Positions 60,941 through 64,000 of a stretch of 64,000 nucleotides of DNA are shown piece after piece. The notes beneath the pieces were generated by a model. It saw only the letters and a list, made by a program, of their open reading frames with translations, searched no databases and had not been told where the DNA came from. Source of the stretch: Candidatus Cloacimonadales bacterium (GTDB lineage Bacteria > Cloacimonadota > Cloacimonadia > Cloacimonadales > JAIOQZ01). The stretch's first letter is position 1; each line of letters starts with the position of its first letter. The translations under genes and the position numbers were made by a program. Where the stretch lies: positions 2,304,001 to 2,368,000 of the forward strand of contig OY771587.1 of the NCBI GenBank assembly GCA_963674825.1, given 5' to 3'.

Positions 60941-61978
60941 ATGAAAAAGTTAATAATAGCACTTATCGCAATCGCCTTGCTTCCGGCTGCTTTGAATGCA
61001 GAAATATTCGCCAAGGTTGGTACAGCGGGTCTTCAGTTCCTGAAACTCGGTGTCGATGCGCGAGCAATTGGTATGGGTGAAGCCTATACCCCGGTTGCTG
61101 ATGATATCTCTTCCATATATTGGAATCCTGCTGGGTTAGCAATAAAGGAAGAAGATCAGATCATGTTCTCGCACACAAACTGGCCGGCCGATATTCAGCA
61201 CGAATACATGGCGTACTCGAAATATTTCGATTTCGCGACGCTCGGTTTCAGCGCTTCGTATCTTCACATGGACGATATGGACATCACTACTGAAGAGACG
61301 TTCGGCCCGACCGGCGAGAAGTTCACATGTAGCGATCTCGCAGTTGGTCTGACATATTCAAGCATGTTCACCGACAAGTTCTCGTTCGGCCTTACCGCGA
61401 AGTATCTTCGCGAAGAGCTGTACGAGTATGAAGTCGAAGGTTTCGCGTTTGACGTCGGAACCAGATTGAACACCCTCTGGCGCAACGTTACCATCGGTAT
61501 GGCCATGCGTAACTTCGGTCCCGACCTGAAGTACGAAGTCGATAACGACAACGACGGCAAGACCGACGAAGATCCGTTCGATCTTCTGGACAATGATGGT
61601 GACGGCCTGGTGGACGAAGACCGCGACGAAATGGAATTCAAGATTCCTATGCAGTTCTCGTTCGGTATCAGTGGCGACCTCTATCGCAAGGATGAAACCT
61701 ACCTTATCGCATCGTTCCAGATCGATAACGTGGTTGACCGTGAAGAGACCTTCAACCTCGGTTTCGAAGGTAAGTACTCGGTTCTGTTCCTGCGTACGGG
61801 TGTTCAGTTCAACTACGACACCAGCGACGGTGATCCCCGCCCGACCTTCGGTGTTGGTTTTATGATCCCGAATCGTATTGCCGTAGTCCACGTGGATTAT
61901 GCTTATACGAACATGGGTTATCTGGAAGAAAGCTTCATGGAGAGCGCTCATCGCCTCTCTCTTAAGCTGATGTTCTAG
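60941..61978 (+). CDS. PorV/UPF0164-family outer membrane beta-barrel
   Basis: FLKLGVDARAIGMGEA...YWNPAGL N-terminus; DYAY...HRLSL.LMF C-terminus. Confidence 0.88.
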   Translation: MKKLIIALIAIALLPAALNAEIFAKVGTAGLQFLKLGVDARAIGMGEAYTPVADDISSIYWNPAGLAIKEEDQIMFSHTNWPADIQHEYMAYSKYFDFATLGFSASYLHMDDMDITTEETFGPTGEKFTCSDLAVGLTYSSMFTDKFSFGLTAKYLREELYEYEVEGFAFDVGTRLNTLWRNVTIGMAMRNFGPDLKYEVDNDNDGKTDEDPFDLLDNDGDGLVDEDRDEMEFKIPMQFSFGISGDLYRKDETYLIASFQIDNVVDREETFNLGFEGKYSVLFLRTGVQFNYDTSDGDPRPTFGVGFMIPNRIAVVHVDYAYTNMGYLEESFMESAHRLSLKLMF

Positions 61979-61987
61979 TTTTTGTTG

Positions 61988-62024
61988 GGAATCCGGGGAC
62001 ATTGAGCCGTCTCCGGATTCCTTT
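61988..62024 (+). terminator. Strong hairpin after the PorV-like gene
   Basis: GGAATCCGGGGAC...GTCTCCGGATTCC-TTT. Confidence 0.65.
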
Positions 62025-62080
62025 AACATAAAAACGAATTTCTGGTATGCATTAATAGGAAACAAAATCGAGGAGGAATT

Positions 62081-64000
62081 ATGAAGAGATTAGTATTGGC
62101 TCTCATGATTGCAGCATTGGCCTGCAGTATGTTTGCCCAAGTGCAACAAGCGATCCCCACGAAGAATATCGTGATGGACCGAATCGACCATAAGGCTATC
62201 ACCACAGACCGTGACGCTCCGGCGTACTACTTTGTGACTGAGCCCATTGACATTCAGACCAGCTACTACGACTACATGCCGGGTAGCTACATTTCCAGCC
62301 CGCTCCGCGTGCAATACGATCCGACCAACGCTGGCAGCAACGGTCTTTATATGGTTTTCCATTCTAGAGAAACCGCTTCTGCAGCACGTCGTGTTTACAT
62401 TGCCTACATCAATGGCGACGGCACGCTCAACTCGAGCAACTACCTCAACCAGTCCGATATCAACGAAGGTTACTGCGGTATGGATCTCGATCCCGAGACC
62501 TTTGATCCGCTGGCAATCTGGCACATCGATATCGATGACGACACAATCTACGAAGATGCTCTTGGATACGACTCCTATCATCTTCTTCAGTCTCCCGGCC
62601 TTATCAGCACCCCGTTCGATCTGATCGACAACAACGACTGGTCTGGCTATGACTTCATCCCGCCCTACGCTGATGATGAATTCATCTGGCCGTATGTTTA
62701 CGTTGTAAAAAGCCCGACCTACGATGAAGACGGATCACGTCGCATCTATGCATGGGCAAGCAACTACACCACCCATGAAGCCGATCCTTCGGAAAACATG
62801 CTTCTTGGTTATGCTGATTTCCAAACCTCCGATCTTGAAGCCGGCACACTTAGTTCCCTTGATTGGAACTTCCTTACGTTCCCGCTTCTTGACGCTTACA
62901 ACGCAGACAATGGAAACTGGGGTCGCTACAACAAGGGTATCGCTTGCAACGACGATGGCCAGATCGCAATGATCGGTTATCTTGCAGCTGACGATATCGA
63001 ACACGACGGATCTGACATGGTCGTTTTCTACAACGACACATGGGCAGAAGGCGACTGGGATGTCGTTGAAGTCGATGCAACCGCTCCGGTAGATATGCCG
63101 CTTAACCAAGATAACACTCCGTACTTCTCAGACCTCGAAGCTGGCGAAGAAATTTTCTTCGACTTCACCAGCAGCAGCCACCCGATGGCTACTTTCGACG
63201 GTCAGGGCAAACTGCACTTCTTCGGTAACTACATTCTTGGTCACGTTGACGCTGCTGGCGACCACTACCTGTGGCAATATTTCAGCTACGTGAAAGAAGT
63301 GACCTTCGATCCGACTGACATGTCTATGACATTCAGCGACCTCTATCCGCAGAGCACAAGTGAAGACGCAGTCTTCCCGTATCTGCCCTGGGATGAAGAT
63401 CAGGATGGAAACATCGACGAATATTCCGATGACGGATATGTTCTTTCCAACAACTACTGGCCAGTATGGTTCTATGATTGGGATACCTCATTCCATGAGA
63501 ACTCATTCAAGTTTGCTGGTAACGAAGACAATAACTGGCTTGTCAGCGTATGGCAAGACGGTACCAAGAGCTTGTTCTACAATCAGGCTGGCGATGAAGA
63601 TTACGTTGATTGGGCAACTGTTCCCGAGATCGCAATCTCCCTTTCCGCTGACAATGGCGAGCACTGGTCCGAACCGATCATGCTTAACTCGATTGAAACA
63701 CCTGAACTTGAAGGCATGATTCCTTGCTACGTATATCCTGGCGACGTTGTTGAAGATATGGGTGACAACCACGGTCTGCTTCACCTTATGTTCTTTGATG
63801 ACAACAGCTTCGGTTCCTTCATTCAGGGCTTCGGCTCCAATGATGGTGGTATGATCCGTTACACCTCGATCGACATCGACTTCACAGGTCTTCCTACCAT
63901 CGTCGCAAACGACGATCCGACCGCTCCTGAAGTTGTTGGCTTCGATCTGACAAACTACCCGAACCCGTTCAACCCGACAACCAACATCAGCTTCAACCTT
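62081..64000 (+). CDS. Secreted acidic protein with T9SS/FlgD-like CTD (3' partial; absent from the ORF track)
   Basis: AGGAGG RBS; MKRLVLALMIAALACSMFA signal peptide; the same frame at the window end reads LTNYPNPFNPTTNISFNL. Confidence 0.88.
   Translation, partial: MKRLVLALMIAALACSMFAQVQQAIPTKNIVMDRIDHKAITTDRDAPAYYFVTEPIDIQTSYYDYMPGSYISSPLRVQYDPTNAGSNGLYMVFHSRETASAARRVYIAYINGDGTLNSSNYLNQSDINEGYCGMDLDPETFDPLAIWHIDIDDDTIYEDALGYDSYHLLQSPGLISTPFDLIDNNDWSGYDFIPPYADDEFIWPYVYVVKSPTYDEDGSRRIYAWASNYTTHEADPSENMLLGYADFQTSDLEAGTLSSLDWNFLTFPLLDAYNADNGNWGRYNKGIACNDDGQIAMIGYLAADDIEHDGSDMVVFYNDTWAEGDWDVVEVDATAPVDMPLNQDNTPYFSDLEAGEEIFFDFTSSSHPMATFDGQGKLHFFGNYILGHVDAAGDHYLWQYFSYVKEVTFDPTDMSMTFSDLYPQSTSEDAVFPYLPWDEDQDGNIDEYSDDGYVLSNNYWPVWFYDWDTSFHENSFKFAGNEDNNWLVSVWQDGTKSLFYNQAGDEDYVDWATVPEIAISLSADNGEHWSEPIMLNSIETPELEGMIPCYVYPGDVVEDMGDNHGLLHLMFFDDNSFGSFIQGFGSNDGGMIRYTSIDIDFTGLPTIVANDDPTAPEVVGFDLTNYPNPFNPTTNISFNL

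Overview
This 64-kb window is bacterial chromosomal DNA, probably from a Candidatus Cloacimonadota (FCB superphylum) anaerobe. That placement is an inference from the FlgD-Ig/T9SS-like C-terminal domains, a PorV-family gene and a barrel-fused SppA. I saw no rRNA, tRNA, CRISPR array, transposase or integrase. From left to right it holds: (1) an HDOD and response-regulator pair; (2) a ~13.7-kb block bracketed by two ~170-bp structured direct repeats, encoding a TPR histidine kinase, a sigma54 activator, a consensus sigma54 promoter with repeated palindromic boxes, a pseudo-receiver ORF and a ~3,050-aa secreted modular protein; (3) the methylmalonyl-CoA mutase operon mutA-mutB-meaB; (4) housekeeping and envelope genes (uvrC, murJ, MATE, secreted peptidase, ChaN, an ArcE/cDPGS-family ATPase, a probably inactive barrel-SppA, tandem Omp85 barrels, xseA, a TrmB operon, PspC, Nudix, trxA, two hemerythrins behind an FNR-like box, purM); (5) a cluster of TonB-dependent receptor, ExbB, 2x ExbD, TonB, CTD cargo, PorV-like barrel and a second CTD cargo that runs off the window end. 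The best candidates for undescribed biology are the TonB/PorV cluster, the repeat-bracketed sigma54 giant-protein module and the 170-bp structured repeat. All calls come from motif recognition by eye; no searches were run.
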